64,000 nucleotides of DNA from the NCBI GenBank assembly GCA_965213925.1, contig OZ243927.1, positions 480,001-544,000 of the forward strand, given 5' to 3'. Both the position numbers and the translations under genes were made by a program. Positions 49,317-59,989 of the stretch are shown one piece after another. The DNA comes from Trueperaceae bacterium (lineage in GTDB: Bacteria; Deinococcota; Deinococci; Deinococcales; Trueperaceae). The notes below the pieces were generated by a model. The model was given only the letters and a program-made list of their open reading frames with translations, was not told the DNA's origin and did not search any database. The number at the start of each line of letters is the position of its first letter. Within the stretch, counting starts at the first letter, position 1.

Positions 49317-49794
49317 AGGATGATCATGACGAGCGCCGAAGACCTGTGGCTCCGCCGTTAGCGCATTCTACCACTAATCGCGTGTATCCTCTTCTTGAGG
49401 TGTTGCGGTGACCGCCCCTTAACATCATTAGTTACCGAACCTGCAACTGCACGTCAGGGGAGATACGCGCTACACTAAAAGTCGGGGAAAACGGGTCATG
49501 ACTCAGTTCGAATTGTATTTGCGCCGTGTCCGCTCTATACGGGGTGTTGCCACGAGCGAGTGTACGCCGATCACGAAGTTCCGCTGGAAAAGGTGTTAAA
49601 AGTGAAACCAGCTCGAACTGGGTAGAAGTACCCGCACGGGGTGTACCCGCCCATAATTGGCGGTGTACCAGGTTTTGTGTAAAGCGTTTTGTATAGAGGC
49701 GAAGCTCGTGAGGGAGGTTATCTAGCATCCGCATACACACAAAACGGGACACCTTCCCTAATCCCTTACATGGTTGGGCGAGAAGAGGAAAGAG

Positions 49795-50751
49795 ATGGCT
49801 AAACGAATTTTGGTAACGGGCGGCGCGGGCTTTTTAGGCAGCCACCTGTGCGAACGGCTGCTCGCAGGCGGACACGACGTCCTCTGCGCCGACAACTTCT
49901 ACACGGGTCGCAAGGAGAACATCGCGCACCTTATGAATAACCCCTACTTCGAAGTGCTGCGGCACGACGTGACCTTCCCCCTCTACGTCGAGGTGGACGA
50001 AATCTACAACCTCGCCTGCCCCGCGAGCCCGATCCACTACCAGCGCGACCCGGTCCAAACGACCAAGACCGCGGTACATGGAGCCATCAACATGTTGGGT
50101 CTCGCCAAGCGGACACACGCCAAGATTTTGCAGGCAAGCACCAGCGAGATTTACGGCGATCCCGAAATTCATCCGCAGCGCGAGAGCTACTGGGGCAACG
50201 TCAACCCGATCGGGCCCAGGTCGTGCTACGACGAGGGCAAGCGCTGCGCCGAGACCCTGTTCTTCGACTACCACCGCCAACACAGGCTAAGAATTAAGGT
50301 GGCGCGCATTTTCAACACCTACGGCCCTAGGATGCAGATGGACGACGGCAGGGTCATCAGCAACTTCGTCGTGCAGGCCCTCCGGGGGGAGCCGCTCACC
50401 ATCTTCGGCGACGGCGCGCAGACGCGCTCGTTCTGCTTCGTCACGGACCTCGTCGAAGCCCTGATGCGTCTAATGAATACCCCAGATGAGGTCATAGGAC
50501 CCATCAACCTCGGCAACCCCACCGAATTCACCATGTTAGCGCTGGCCGAAAAGGTCGTCGCGCTGACCGGCTCGGACTCGGAGATCGTCTTCCGGGCGCT
50601 GCCGCAAGACGATCCGAAGAAGCGTAGACCGGACATCAGCTTGGCCGAGGCGCAGCTCGGCTGGCGGCCGGAGGTCCAGCTCGAGCAGGGCTTGATATCG
50701 ACCATCGCTCACTTCCGGGGGCGGCTCGAGCAGCGTGCGCTTTCCGTGTAG
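49795..50751 (+). CDS. UDP-glucuronate decarboxylase (UDP-xylose synthase)
   Basis: [49 protein letters not shown]. Confidence 0.9.
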   Translation: MAKRILVTGGAGFLGSHLCERLLAGGHDVLCADNFYTGRKENIAHLMNNPYFEVLRHDVTFPLYVEVDEIYNLACPASPIHYQRDPVQTTKTAVHGAINMLGLAKRTHAKILQASTSEIYGDPEIHPQRESYWGNVNPIGPRSCYDEGKRCAETLFFDYHRQHRLRIKVARIFNTYGPRMQMDDGRVISNFVVQALRGEPLTIFGDGAQTRSFCFVTDLVEALMRLMNTPDEVIGPINLGNPTEFTMLALAEKVVALTGSDSEIVFRALPQDDPKKRRPDISLAEAQLGWRPEVQLEQGLISTIAHFRGRLEQRALSV

Positions 50752-50940
50752 AGGGCGGCCGTAACACCAGGAGCGGCTCAGGCAGAACCGTTCGCGCAAA
50801 AACTGAACGCGAGCGGCGCGACGTTTAGGGATGCGACCTGCAGCGACTCGGCCGCCTGAGTTGGACTTGAGGTCTAGGTTAGACTTGAGTCTGAGCCGCC
50901 CCACCTAACTTTTGCTTTATCTTGAGGAGACAAGAGCACC

Positions 50941-52308
50941 TTGGCGCTGAGACAATTTTTGAACTGGGCCTCGAGCCACCGCGTCTTGCGTCACCGCCTC
51001 AACAAACGGGGTTTGGTGAATTGGGGGGGGCGAGGGTTCTGGGCCGTGATGGACCAGGGGCTTTTCGCCGCGTCCAACTTCGCGCTCAATATTCTCTTAG
51101 CGCGCTGGCTCAGCCCGCAAGACTACGGCGCTTTCTCCGTCGCCTACGCGGTTTTTCTGCTCTTTAGCACCTTTCACATGTCGCTCCTAAGCGATCCGCT
51201 TTCGGTCTTCGGCCCTAGAAAGTACGAAAACCGAATAGGCAGATACCTCAACGTCCTGCTACAAGGTCACCTGATTCTTACGGCGGTCATAGGTCTCATA
51301 CTGGGTCTTATCGGGCTCGTCTCGCTAACACGTCAGGGTAATTCTCTCTCGCCCGCACTGTTCGGGGTTGCACTGGCGAGTCCTTTTATCCTCCTACAGT
51401 GGCTTATGCGCCGCGCTTGCTACGCGCTTCTCATCCCGAGAATGGCGGCTTCGGCCGGCGCACTCTATATGGGGTTTATGCTCATCGGCACTTACGTGCT
51501 GTTTCACTACGGGTGGCTCAGCGCCACAACTGCTCTAGGCGTGATCGCAGCCGCGAGCCTCGTGTCGGGCGGCTGGCTGATGGTTCGTCTTAAAGTAAGC
51601 TTCGTGAGTCGGGACAGGACACTTGCACGCACCGTGCTGAAAGACCACTGGCGCTACGGACGTTGGGTCGCAGGCACGGCGCTGTCGAACTGGATTTCCA
51701 GCAGCGTTTACTACCTCCTCTTTCCGTTTTGGGGCGGGCTCGAGGCTGCTGGCGCGTTTCGCGCCCTGACAAACCTGTTTCAGCCAGCGATACACTTCAA
51801 TACGGCACTAGGAACCGTACTCTTACCCCTCTTGGCGCACATCAAAGAGGCGCAGAGGTTCACCTCTGTCGTCCGCTACGCGCTCCTTTTGCTGCCCCTT
51901 GGCGCGGCTACTTACGGGGTCTTAGTCGCTGCTTTCGGGGAACCGCTCACCGAGTTTCTCTATGGCGGACAGTACGAAAACCTCGCCAGTGTCATGTGGC
52001 TCTTCGGCGCTATCCCCGTCGTTCTGGGAGTCGCCATCGTCGTCGCGAATGCACTCAACGCTCTGGAGCTGCCGAATAAGGTGTTCGTCGCTTACATGTA
52101 CTCTATGGCGACGTCGCTCACTTTAGGGCTGCTGCTTATGTTTTACTTGGGGACAACCGGGGCGATCCTCGGCTGGCTCGCGGCTTACGTCGTCGCCGCC
52201 GGGGTGATGCTGCGGCTTTACGCGAGGGCTGGGGACGTCCGCAATGCCGACAATACTACAAACGCCGACAACACATTTGACGAGAGAGGGAACGTGGACG
52301 TAGAGTGA
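50941..52308 (+). CDS. Wzx-type flippase
   Basis: DQGLFA.SNF...LARWL.P.DYG.F, about 12 TM segments, LYGGQY. Confidence 0.8.
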   Translation: MALRQFLNWASSHRVLRHRLNKRGLVNWGGRGFWAVMDQGLFAASNFALNILLARWLSPQDYGAFSVAYAVFLLFSTFHMSLLSDPLSVFGPRKYENRIGRYLNVLLQGHLILTAVIGLILGLIGLVSLTRQGNSLSPALFGVALASPFILLQWLMRRACYALLIPRMAASAGALYMGFMLIGTYVLFHYGWLSATTALGVIAAASLVSGGWLMVRLKVSFVSRDRTLARTVLKDHWRYGRWVAGTALSNWISSSVYYLLFPFWGGLEAAGAFRALTNLFQPAIHFNTALGTVLLPLLAHIKEAQRFTSVVRYALLLLPLGAATYGVLVAAFGEPLTEFLYGGQYENLASVMWLFGAIPVVLGVAIVVANALNALELPNKVFVAYMYSMATSLTLGLLLMFYLGTTGAILGWLAAYVVAAGVMLRLYARAGDVRNADNTTNADNTFDERGNVDVE

Positions 52309-52509
52309 GGGGAAACGGAACGAGTATGTTATTACTTTACGCGGTACCCGCTCACCTTACGTCATCTCATCTACGGAGCCGCCCGTGAGAGTAGAACGTT
52401 GCACCGCCCCTGCAAAGTACGTCAAGTTTCGCGAAGGGACTCGCTTTGCCTTCTTTCAGAGAAAGGTTGAACGCGGGGCTTCGCATCTAGCCTGCGAGCA
52501 ATCACGGCG

Positions 52510-53472
52510 ATGACCCGCTCGGCGCTACCTCCTGTCTGCATCGCGATACCTGTTTATAACGGCGCGCGCTATCTCCGTGAGGCTGTCCGCAGCGCCCTAG
52601 CGCAGAGCTATCAAAACGTGCGGGTCATCGTCGTGGACAACGCCTCGACGGACCAAACAGGGGCGATCCTCGCCTCGGTCCAAGACGACCGGTTCACCCC
52701 CTTTTACTTCAGCGACCACGTCCCCGTTGACGAGAGTTGGGACCGCGCCGCGAAGTTGGCGTCAAAACGCGGAGACTACGTTTTGATGCTCCCCGCCGAC
52801 GACACGCTGATGCCAGACGCGGTGGAGAGGCTCGTGTCTGCGTTTCTCGAGCACCCTGAGTGCGGCGTCGCTTATGGTCAGGTCGAGATTTTGAAAGAGG
52901 GCACTGGGAAGCGCGTTTTCGGTCAGGCGCTCCTCCCGCCTAAAGTAGGTCACATAAGAGACCTGGAGCGACGCCTGCTGCTATTCGGCAGCACCATATT
53001 CATTACCGCGACACTCTTTAGGTGCCGAGACCGAGAGCTTAGCTTCCGCGCGGGCAGCGTCCACGCCTGCGACATCGACCTTCTGCTTAGCCTCGGGAAA
53101 GAGGGCGTTCAGGCTGTCGGCATCGGCGCTCCGGTCGCCATCTACCGCGAACACGGCGCGGCCCTCTCCAGTGAACGGGAGGCGGCCTGGTCTTATATGC
53201 TGGAGGTGCTCACCTACCACGCCGCGACCTCTAAGCGCCGCGCTCTATACCGCTACCGCATCAGCCGAATCATGCTCTGGGTCGTGGTGTATCTCGTCGA
53301 GGTCGGCAGGCGGGACAGGGCCCGCCACTACCTGCAGACGTACCAACCCTACTTGGGTTGGACCACGCGCTTTATGCTCGAGAGCATCGTCGCAGTGCCC
53401 GCGCTGAGACTCTTTCCCAAACTGCTCAGGTCGTGGCTCGCGCAGCTCGTGAGGTTGAGAGAGCGGGCTTAG
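52510..53472 (+). CDS. Glycosyltransferase family 2
   Basis: IPVYNG.RYL, VVDNASTD, LPADD. Confidence 0.85.
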   Translation: MTRSALPPVCIAIPVYNGARYLREAVRSALAQSYQNVRVIVVDNASTDQTGAILASVQDDRFTPFYFSDHVPVDESWDRAAKLASKRGDYVLMLPADDTLMPDAVERLVSAFLEHPECGVAYGQVEILKEGTGKRVFGQALLPPKVGHIRDLERRLLLFGSTIFITATLFRCRDRELSFRAGSVHACDIDLLLSLGKEGVQAVGIGAPVAIYREHGAALSSEREAAWSYMLEVLTYHAATSKRRALYRYRISRIMLWVVVYLVEVGRRDRARHYLQTYQPYLGWTTRFMLESIVAVPALRLFPKLLRSWLAQLVRLRERA

Positions 53473-53573
53473 CCGCCCAGGAGGTCACACCGGATGAGTC
53501 AAACTACCGTCAACCCTACCTGTAGGCGTTATCCCAAGGACATAGAACGCCGCACCGTTTCTACCGCCGCATC

Positions 53574-54332
53574 GTGACCGAGCACCGCTACATCCTCGGG
53601 ATGCGCGTCGACGCGACCAGCTACGAAGACGCGGCCGCTCGAGTTTTGCGCTGGTCGGAGGAGAGGTCCGGTCGTTACGTCTGCGTGGCTACCGTACATA
53701 TGGTCATGGAAAGCCACGACTCGCCTGAGTTCAAGCGCATAGTGAACGGCGCTGACCTCGTCACATCGGATGGTATGCCGCTCGTGTGGATGCTCAACAG
53801 GCTAGGCGTAGAGAATCAGACGCGGGTCTACGGTCCGACGCTCACCCTAGAAATTTGCAAAGAGGCGGAGCAGGCTGCTGTGCCCGTCGGGTTTTACGGC
53901 GCAAGCCCCGCTACGTTAGGCGCGCTCACGCAGAACCTTCAGGCGTCCTTCCCGAATTTGAACATCAGCTACGCCTATTCGCCGCCCTTCAGACCGCTCA
54001 CCCCGGCGGAAGATGAGCAGATCGTTGCCGATATCAAAGCGTCCGGGGCGAGAATCCTCTTTGTCGGTCTAGGCTGCCCCAGGCAAGAGCGGTGGATGGT
54101 CGAACACGCCGAGCGGCTTCCCGTGGTGATGCTCGGGGTCGGCGCGGCGTTCGACTTCCACGCCGGCAGCGTCAAGCAAGCGCCCGCCTGGATGCAGGGC
54201 CGCGGACTCGAGTGGCTCTTTAGGCTCGCGGTCGAACCGAGACGCCTCTGGCGGCGCTACTTCAAACACAATCCTCGCTTTCTCGCCCTAGCCGCCCTGC
54301 AGCTTTGGCGTCACCGAAGGAGCCGCGCCTAA
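53574..54332 (+). CDS. WecB/TagA/CpsF-family glycosyltransferase (GT26)
   Basis: DGMPLVW, RVYGP, VGLGCPRQE, GVGAAFDF, GLEWLFRL..EPRRL.RRY. Confidence 0.9.
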   Translation: MTEHRYILGMRVDATSYEDAAARVLRWSEERSGRYVCVATVHMVMESHDSPEFKRIVNGADLVTSDGMPLVWMLNRLGVENQTRVYGPTLTLEICKEAEQAAVPVGFYGASPATLGALTQNLQASFPNLNISYAYSPPFRPLTPAEDEQIVADIKASGARILFVGLGCPRQERWMVEHAERLPVVMLGVGAAFDFHAGSVKQAPAWMQGRGLEWLFRLAVEPRRLWRRYFKHNPRFLALAALQLWRHRRSRA

Positions 54333-54657
54333 AGCTAGCTGAGTGACACTAGAGGGACGCCCCCCTATATCAACCTCCAGAAACAACCGACTGAGGTGCC
54401 TTAATACGTTGTGATCCGCCCTTACCCTTTCACACAACCTTAATTAAAGGCGCGGTATACTTTAATCCTGTTAGAAAGTTACCTCCTTACAGGACTGTAA
54501 CAGCTAATCCAGATCGCGATTATCTGAAATAAGCTGAGTTAGCAGCGCAACGGTGTAGACACTTGGCGGTGCGCCGCCTTCAATCCAACGCCACGTCAGT
54601 GGCGTCGTCTTCTATAGTCAGGTTAGGCCGAAATCTTTTGGGAAAGAGGGTGAGCGT

Positions 54658-56415
54658 GTGGAGTATAGGACCCGTAGGTATACAACTAGGTTTATAAAAG
54701 TCGAGTATATTAGATTTATGTCCCTTTTGATGGTGCTTTGTGCCCTGATCGCTTGCAGCGGTTTGGACGCATCTCTGACTGAGGATGAGGCTCATACGCA
54801 GACTCGTAATGGGCTCGTGACGCTCGAGGCGGAAGCGTTCCACGCCAACACCTCGCCGGGTCTTCATACGTGGCGACCTCTCCTTGACGGCGACGCCTCG
54901 GGCGGCGAAGTCATGCAGGCCCTGCCCAACGAGGGTGAGAACCGCGAGCAGGACTACACCTCGAGCAGCCCCCGCTTGGACTACACCGTCGACTTCAACC
55001 GCGCGGGCGTGCATTACGTGTGGGTGCGCGGCAAGGCGGCGGGTGAACCGGCGGAGAGCGACTCCGTTCACGTGGGCTTAGACGCCGCGGCGCAGCGCGG
55101 CGCTGAGCACGTCAGCGGTTTTGGCGCGGACTTCACGTGGGAAAAAGGAACAGCGGACGAACCCGCCGCCCAAATCAGCGTTCCTTCGGCGGGACGGCAT
55201 ACCCTTAACGTATGGATGCGCGAGGACGGCTTCGTCCTCGATAAGGTCATCTTAACCCCCGACGCGAACTTCACGCCGCACGCTGTAGCGGAGGACGGTG
55301 GAGAGGATGCTGTCACGAAAATTTCTTTCAGCGCTCCTCTCGTCATCTCAGAGGGCGGTACCTATAGTGGGAACTGGGAGAGCCAAGACCCGGACGAACC
55401 CGCCGTAGTTATCAAGACTTCCGAGCCCGTTGTGATAGAAGATGCGACCATACGCAGTCGCGGACATCTCATCTATACCGAACACGGCCGCAACGCCGAT
55501 GTGACCGTGCGCAACGTCAAGGGGTACGGACTCAATCCCGACCGCTCCGGTCAGCACGCGGGCAGGTTCTTGGTCGCGGACACCTACGCCTTTGTGCGCG
55601 TCGAGAACTCGTATTTAGAGGGCACGTCCGGCATCTGGCTGCACCACTCGCGGCCTAGAGCGACCGTTAAAATCTTGCGTAACAGCGCGCTGAATATAGA
55701 CGGCCGGCTGAGCGACGGCGCGGGGGGCTGGCGAGGCGGCAACGACTCCAAGGTTCAGTTCGTCCAGTTCGATAAGGGTGTCAACCTCGTCGACACCGAG
55801 GTCGCCTGGAACCAGATTATCAACGAGCCCTATAAGAGTCGAGTCGAGGATGTCATCAACATATACCGGACCAACGGTACGGCGTCTAGCCCTATTCGCA
55901 TTCACAACAACTACATCCAAGGCGCGTATCCAGCGAACCCCGCGAAAGATGACTTCAGCGGCGGCGGCATCTTGTTGGGCGACGCGGGCGGCGCGCACCT
56001 CCACGCCTTCAACAACCAAGTTGTCTCGACCGCGAACTACGGCGTCGCTATCGCGGGGGGGAAAAACAACAAGATTTACAATAACCGGGTCCTCTCTTCA
56101 GGGCGGCTCGCTGACGGCACCCCTATCGCCTCGCAAAACGTCGGCATCTACATCTGGAACCAGCACTCGGCTGACTACGGCAAAAATGTCGGCTACGGCA
56201 ACCTGAGCGGTTGGGTTAAAGAGGAGTACACCTGGAACGGCGGGCGAAACGACTGGTGGGTGCCCGACGCTTCGCAGTGGAAGGACAACGAACACTGGCG
56301 CGGAAAGATAACGCGGCAAACAGAAACTGAAGAGTTTAGACGCTTCCGAGTCAAGCTCACCCAGGCGGATATCGTGGTCGGACTCGTCGACGAAGAATCC
56401 TTAGCGCAGCAGTGA
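54658..56415 (+). CDS. Secreted lipoprotein with a carbohydrate-binding beta-sandwich and a right-handed beta-helix domain
   Basis: Lipobox LIAC; LEAEAF...YVWVRG...WMREDG..LDK; parallel beta-helix repeats (IHNNYIQG, GGGILLGD, NNQVV); start may be 54718. Confidence 0.7.
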   Translation: MEYRTRRYTTRFIKVEYIRFMSLLMVLCALIACSGLDASLTEDEAHTQTRNGLVTLEAEAFHANTSPGLHTWRPLLDGDASGGEVMQALPNEGENREQDYTSSSPRLDYTVDFNRAGVHYVWVRGKAAGEPAESDSVHVGLDAAAQRGAEHVSGFGADFTWEKGTADEPAAQISVPSAGRHTLNVWMREDGFVLDKVILTPDANFTPHAVAEDGGEDAVTKISFSAPLVISEGGTYSGNWESQDPDEPAVVIKTSEPVVIEDATIRSRGHLIYTEHGRNADVTVRNVKGYGLNPDRSGQHAGRFLVADTYAFVRVENSYLEGTSGIWLHHSRPRATVKILRNSALNIDGRLSDGAGGWRGGNDSKVQFVQFDKGVNLVDTEVAWNQIINEPYKSRVEDVINIYRTNGTASSPIRIHNNYIQGAYPANPAKDDFSGGGILLGDAGGAHLHAFNNQVVSTANYGVAIAGGKNNKIYNNRVLSSGRLADGTPIASQNVGIYIWNQHSADYGKNVGYGNLSGWVKEEYTWNGGRNDWWVPDASQWKDNEHWRGKITRQTETEEFRRFRVKLTQADIVVGLVDEESLAQQ

Positions 56416-56450
56416 GGTTCGTCCGGGTATTCGCTTATAGGCTCAAAATC

Positions 56451-56486
56451 AGCGAGGGGTGGACGATGTCCACCCCTCGCTTTCTC
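56451..56486 (+). terminator. Intrinsic terminator
   Basis: AGCGAGGGGTGGAC-GAT-GTCCACCCCTCGCT followed by TTCT. Confidence 0.75.
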
Positions 56487-56531
56487 TAAGGCTACGTTGT
56501 TTCACTCAAACTCAACACAGGTGAGCTTAAT

Positions 56532-56742
56532 TACAGTGTTAAGTAAAAAACGACTTATGTCATTCTGAACGCAACGAAGTGGAGTGAAAGAATCTCTGCA
56601 TTTGCCTTCTTGTCTGACAGAGAAGGAAAGACGAGACCCTTACGCCCCTATCGTTCTCACTTCGTTCGGACCCGCCGGACTTCGTCTGACTGCGTGAACA
56701 GGGTGACATGCTAATAGGTAGCAAAACTTGCTCAACGCTGTA
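56532..56742. mobile_element. MITE-like element family B, copy 5
   Basis: TACAGTGTTAAGTAA / TTGCTCAACGCTGTA TIRs; TGTCATTCTGAACG...AAGAATCT...CGTGAACAGGGTGACA. Confidence 0.7.
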
Positions 56743-56795
56743 CTTAACGGATAAGCTTAGTACAGCGGAAACGACTGTCGCCGCAACCGCTTAGG

Positions 56796-57773
56796 CTAAG
56801 CGAGTTCTCTTTGGGTGTTTTTGACCTGCTGCTCGATCCAGCGGTAGGTGCGCTCCAGACCTTCGGCGAGCGGTTTCGACGGAGACCAGCCGAGGGTCTC
56901 GCGGATAAGGGTGTTGTCCGAGTTTCTTCCCTTGACCCCTAAAGGACCGCTGATGTGTCTGATTTCTAGGTCTTTGTCCGCTATCTGCATGGCGAGTTCG
57001 GCTAAGCGGTTGATGGACACCATCTCTTCCGAGCCTAGGTTAAGGGGTCCAGGAAAATCCGCCTCCATAATCCGTTTCATACCTTCCAAGCACTCTTCGA
57101 CGTGTAAAAATGAGCGCGTCTGGGTTCCGTCGCCCCAAATCTCTACGGTGCCGCCTGGCTCGGCCTCGGCTACCTTCCGGCAGATCGCGGCAGGGGCCTT
57201 TTCGCGTCCGCCCGTCCAGGTACCTTCTTCACCGAAGATGTTGTGAAAGCGGACCACCCGAACGTCGATATCGTGGTTGCGCGCGTAGGTGAAGTAGAGC
57301 CGCTCGCTGAAGAGTTTTTCCCAGCCGTATTCGCTGTCGGGCGCAGCGGGGTAGGCTGAGTCCTCGGCTGTCACGGGTTGGTCGGGGTTCATCTGGTTCC
57401 GCTCGGGGTAGATGCACGCGGAAGAGGAGTAGAACACCTTGCCCACGCCGTGCGTGCGCAGCATCTCGAGCATGTTGAGGTTGATCATCGCCGAGTTGTG
57501 CATGATGGCGGCGTCGTTGTCGCCGGTAAAAACAAAGCCCGCCCCGCCCATGTCGGCGGCGAGCTGATAGACCTCGTCGAAACGTCCGTCGCAGACGCTT
57601 TGACATACGCGGGGGTCGCGGAGGTCGCCAACAACGAAGTCATCGGCGTGCGTCTCACTGAATTCCGGTTTTTTCAGGTCGACGCCGCGCACCCAAGCGC
57701 CTTCAGCTTTCAGCCGCTTGACCAAATGACTCCCGATAAAACCGCCCGCCCCACAAACTAATACCTTTTTCAC
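56796..57773 (-). CDS. GDP-mannose 3,5-epimerase-like extended SDR
   Basis: GAGGFIGSH, LAADMGG, SSSACIYP, YGWEK, RFHNI.G..GTW.GGREKAPAA.CRK, GVKGRNSDN. Confidence 0.8.
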   Translation of the reverse strand: MKKVLVCGAGGFIGSHLVKRLKAEGAWVRGVDLKKPEFSETHADDFVVGDLRDPRVCQSVCDGRFDEVYQLAADMGGAGFVFTGDNDAAIMHNSAMINLNMLEMLRTHGVGKVFYSSSACIYPERNQMNPDQPVTAEDSAYPAAPDSEYGWEKLFSERLYFTYARNHDIDVRVVRFHNIFGEEGTWTGGREKAPAAICRKVAEAEPGGTVEIWGDGTQTRSFLHVEECLEGMKRIMEADFPGPLNLGSEEMVSINRLAELAMQIADKDLEIRHISGPLGVKGRNSDNTLIRETLGWSPSKPLAEGLERTYRWIEQQVKNTQRELA

Positions 57774-58364
57774 CGTGTCCTCCTGACCCTGGGTACCTTA
57801 CATCACTTTCACACTTCAGCTCAAGGGCGCTCTAAGCTACTCGCTACGTTTCAGAAGCTCACTATTTAGAGGCTTACTGCCGCAGTGATCCCTCGAGTCA
57901 GCCTAGAAACACCCGGAGCGATTGAAGCGTCTCTTCGCCTCGCGTGCACTTTATTTAGTGTAGAGGCTTTTTACGGTCGCGGGGTTGGCTACGCTAACAG
58001 GAAGTTCACCCAACCTTAATAGATGATGAGTTGGTGAACGAAACGCCTTTAAGTGTTGTGAAAAATGTTATAGCATATGAGATGTGAATTTGCTAAGCGA
58101 AACAGCTTGTGACGCGGCAATTTCACAACACTCTAGGGGAGAAGGATATAAGCGTTACCGCACTTTGGTCACCGGGCAGCTTATTCTACACGAAGTGCGC
58201 CGTTCTACCAGACTTCATGCATTCAAATTATGCATTCAAATAAGGTGCTACCTGCGCACGGTACTCAGCGCGCACCGGTAAGTTCACGCTTACCTTCGTG
58301 CGTGAAATACACCCTTTAGAGCATTCGGCGGAGAATGAGCACGTAGACCGCCCGGTCTCTATTC

Positions 58365-59861
58365 GTGAAGGAGCGCCTGACAGACCGACAAGCCCACTTT
58401 TCGTTGGACGGAGCTAACATCATGCAGTTGTCACGCAATTTACTCTCTCAGGCTCGCAACTTTCAGCGCTTGGGGGTCTATACGCCACTAAGCTACGCCA
58501 TTTCAGACCTCGCCATGCTGGTCTTAGCCGCCTGGCTCGGCGGTCAACTTTGGTCGCTCGTCAACAGCCAAGTCGACCCCAGGGTCCTCTACCAGTTGTG
58601 GCCCCTTCTATTTATCTTCCCCTTCGCCTTCGCCCGCGCCGACCTCTATAGCGGCGGGGTCAGTCCCGTAGTCGAATTTGCCCGGCTCGGGAATCTCACG
58701 ACGATCGTCTATCTCACTGCACTCTTAGTAAGCTTTCTTATCGAAAACATCAGCCTCGACTCCAGGGGCGTTTTTCTGACGAGTTGGGGTTTGACCCTTC
58801 TGCTTTTGCCTACAGGTCGAAGCGTGCTCCGCGACCTCTTCGCTGACAGGGCGTGGTGGGGCACGCCGACCGTCATCCTCGGCTCCGGCAGCGCCGCCGC
58901 CTCGGTGTGCGAACAGCTTATAGGCAAACCCGGCAGCGGCTTTAAGCCGGTCGCTTGCTTCGGTCAGGGCTACGACAGCGCCACCGAACTGTACGGCGTG
59001 CCCGTGATCGGGCCCATCACCTCGGCGACGGCTTGGGCCAAGCAGCGCGGCGTCAACCACGCCATCGTCGCCATGCCCGAAGTGCAGAGCGACGAACTGC
59101 TCGACATCATCCACCGCCACACCGAAGCGTTTCCTCACCTCATCTTCGTGTCGCAACTCTTCGGTCAGGTCGGGCTGTCGGTGTCGCGGCAAGAACTCGG
59201 GCAAACCCTAGGACTTCAGATTCAGCGCAACTTATTGCTGCCGGGAAACCGCCTTCTCAAGCGCGCGGTGGACCTGCTCATCACGGTGCCGCTCTGCGTC
59301 TTAGCGCTACCCATCGTGGCGCTCGCCGCGCTCGCCATCATGTGGGTAAGCCCAGGCTCGCCCTTCTATTTTCAGCTTCGCGAGGGCTATAGGGGACGCA
59401 AAGTGCGCGTTTGGAAGCTGCGCACGATGTACCTCGACGCCGAAACGCGGCTCGAGGAAACGCTCGCCAAGGACCCTGCGCTGCGCGCCGAGTGGGAGCG
59501 CTTCTATAAGATTAAGGACGACCCCCGCGTGCTGCCCGTCGTCGGCGACGTGCTGCGCAAGCTGAGCCTCGACGAGTTGCCGCAGCTCTACAACGTGCTC
59601 ATCGGCGAGATGAGCCTAGTGGGACCGCGCCCCTTTCCTTACTACCACCTCGAGCAGTTCGGCGCGGACTTCCGCTCGCTGCGGCGCGAAGCCCTGCCCG
59701 GCATCACCGGGCTGTGGCAGGTTTCGGAGCGCAGCGACGGCGACCTAGCAGTTCAGGAGAAGCTCGACAGCTACTACATCCGCGACTGGTCCATCTGGTT
59801 CGACCTCTATCTGCTCGCCCGCACGCCCATCGCCGTGTTCTTCGGCAAGGGAGCCTATTAG
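58365..59861 (+). CDS. wbaP: Undecaprenyl-phosphate sugar-1-phosphate transferase (initiating)
   Basis: KRAVDL, WKLRTM, DDPRV, SLDELPQL.NVL.GEMSLVGPRP, PGITGLWQV. Confidence 0.85.
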   Translation: MKERLTDRQAHFSLDGANIMQLSRNLLSQARNFQRLGVYTPLSYAISDLAMLVLAAWLGGQLWSLVNSQVDPRVLYQLWPLLFIFPFAFARADLYSGGVSPVVEFARLGNLTTIVYLTALLVSFLIENISLDSRGVFLTSWGLTLLLLPTGRSVLRDLFADRAWWGTPTVILGSGSAAASVCEQLIGKPGSGFKPVACFGQGYDSATELYGVPVIGPITSATAWAKQRGVNHAIVAMPEVQSDELLDIIHRHTEAFPHLIFVSQLFGQVGLSVSRQELGQTLGLQIQRNLLLPGNRLLKRAVDLLITVPLCVLALPIVALAALAIMWVSPGSPFYFQLREGYRGRKVRVWKLRTMYLDAETRLEETLAKDPALRAEWERFYKIKDDPRVLPVVGDVLRKLSLDELPQLYNVLIGEMSLVGPRPFPYYHLEQFGADFRSLRREALPGITGLWQVSERSDGDLAVQEKLDSYYIRDWSIWFDLYLLARTPIAVFFGKGAY

Positions 59862-59989
59862 GGTGTGTTAGCGTTAGGTAACTAAAAGGTCGCGATTTAA
59901 TAGGAGAAGGTTCAGCGAGGTCGGTCTGCTCGTCCGGCTGGCTCGCCCTCTCCCAGAGGGCGCATTCACAACGACCGTTACGGAGGGTT

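Noticed and set aside
49655..49670. ops/JUMPstart element (GGCGGTG) before the EPS genes
   Set aside because: Does not match GGCGGTAGnnTG
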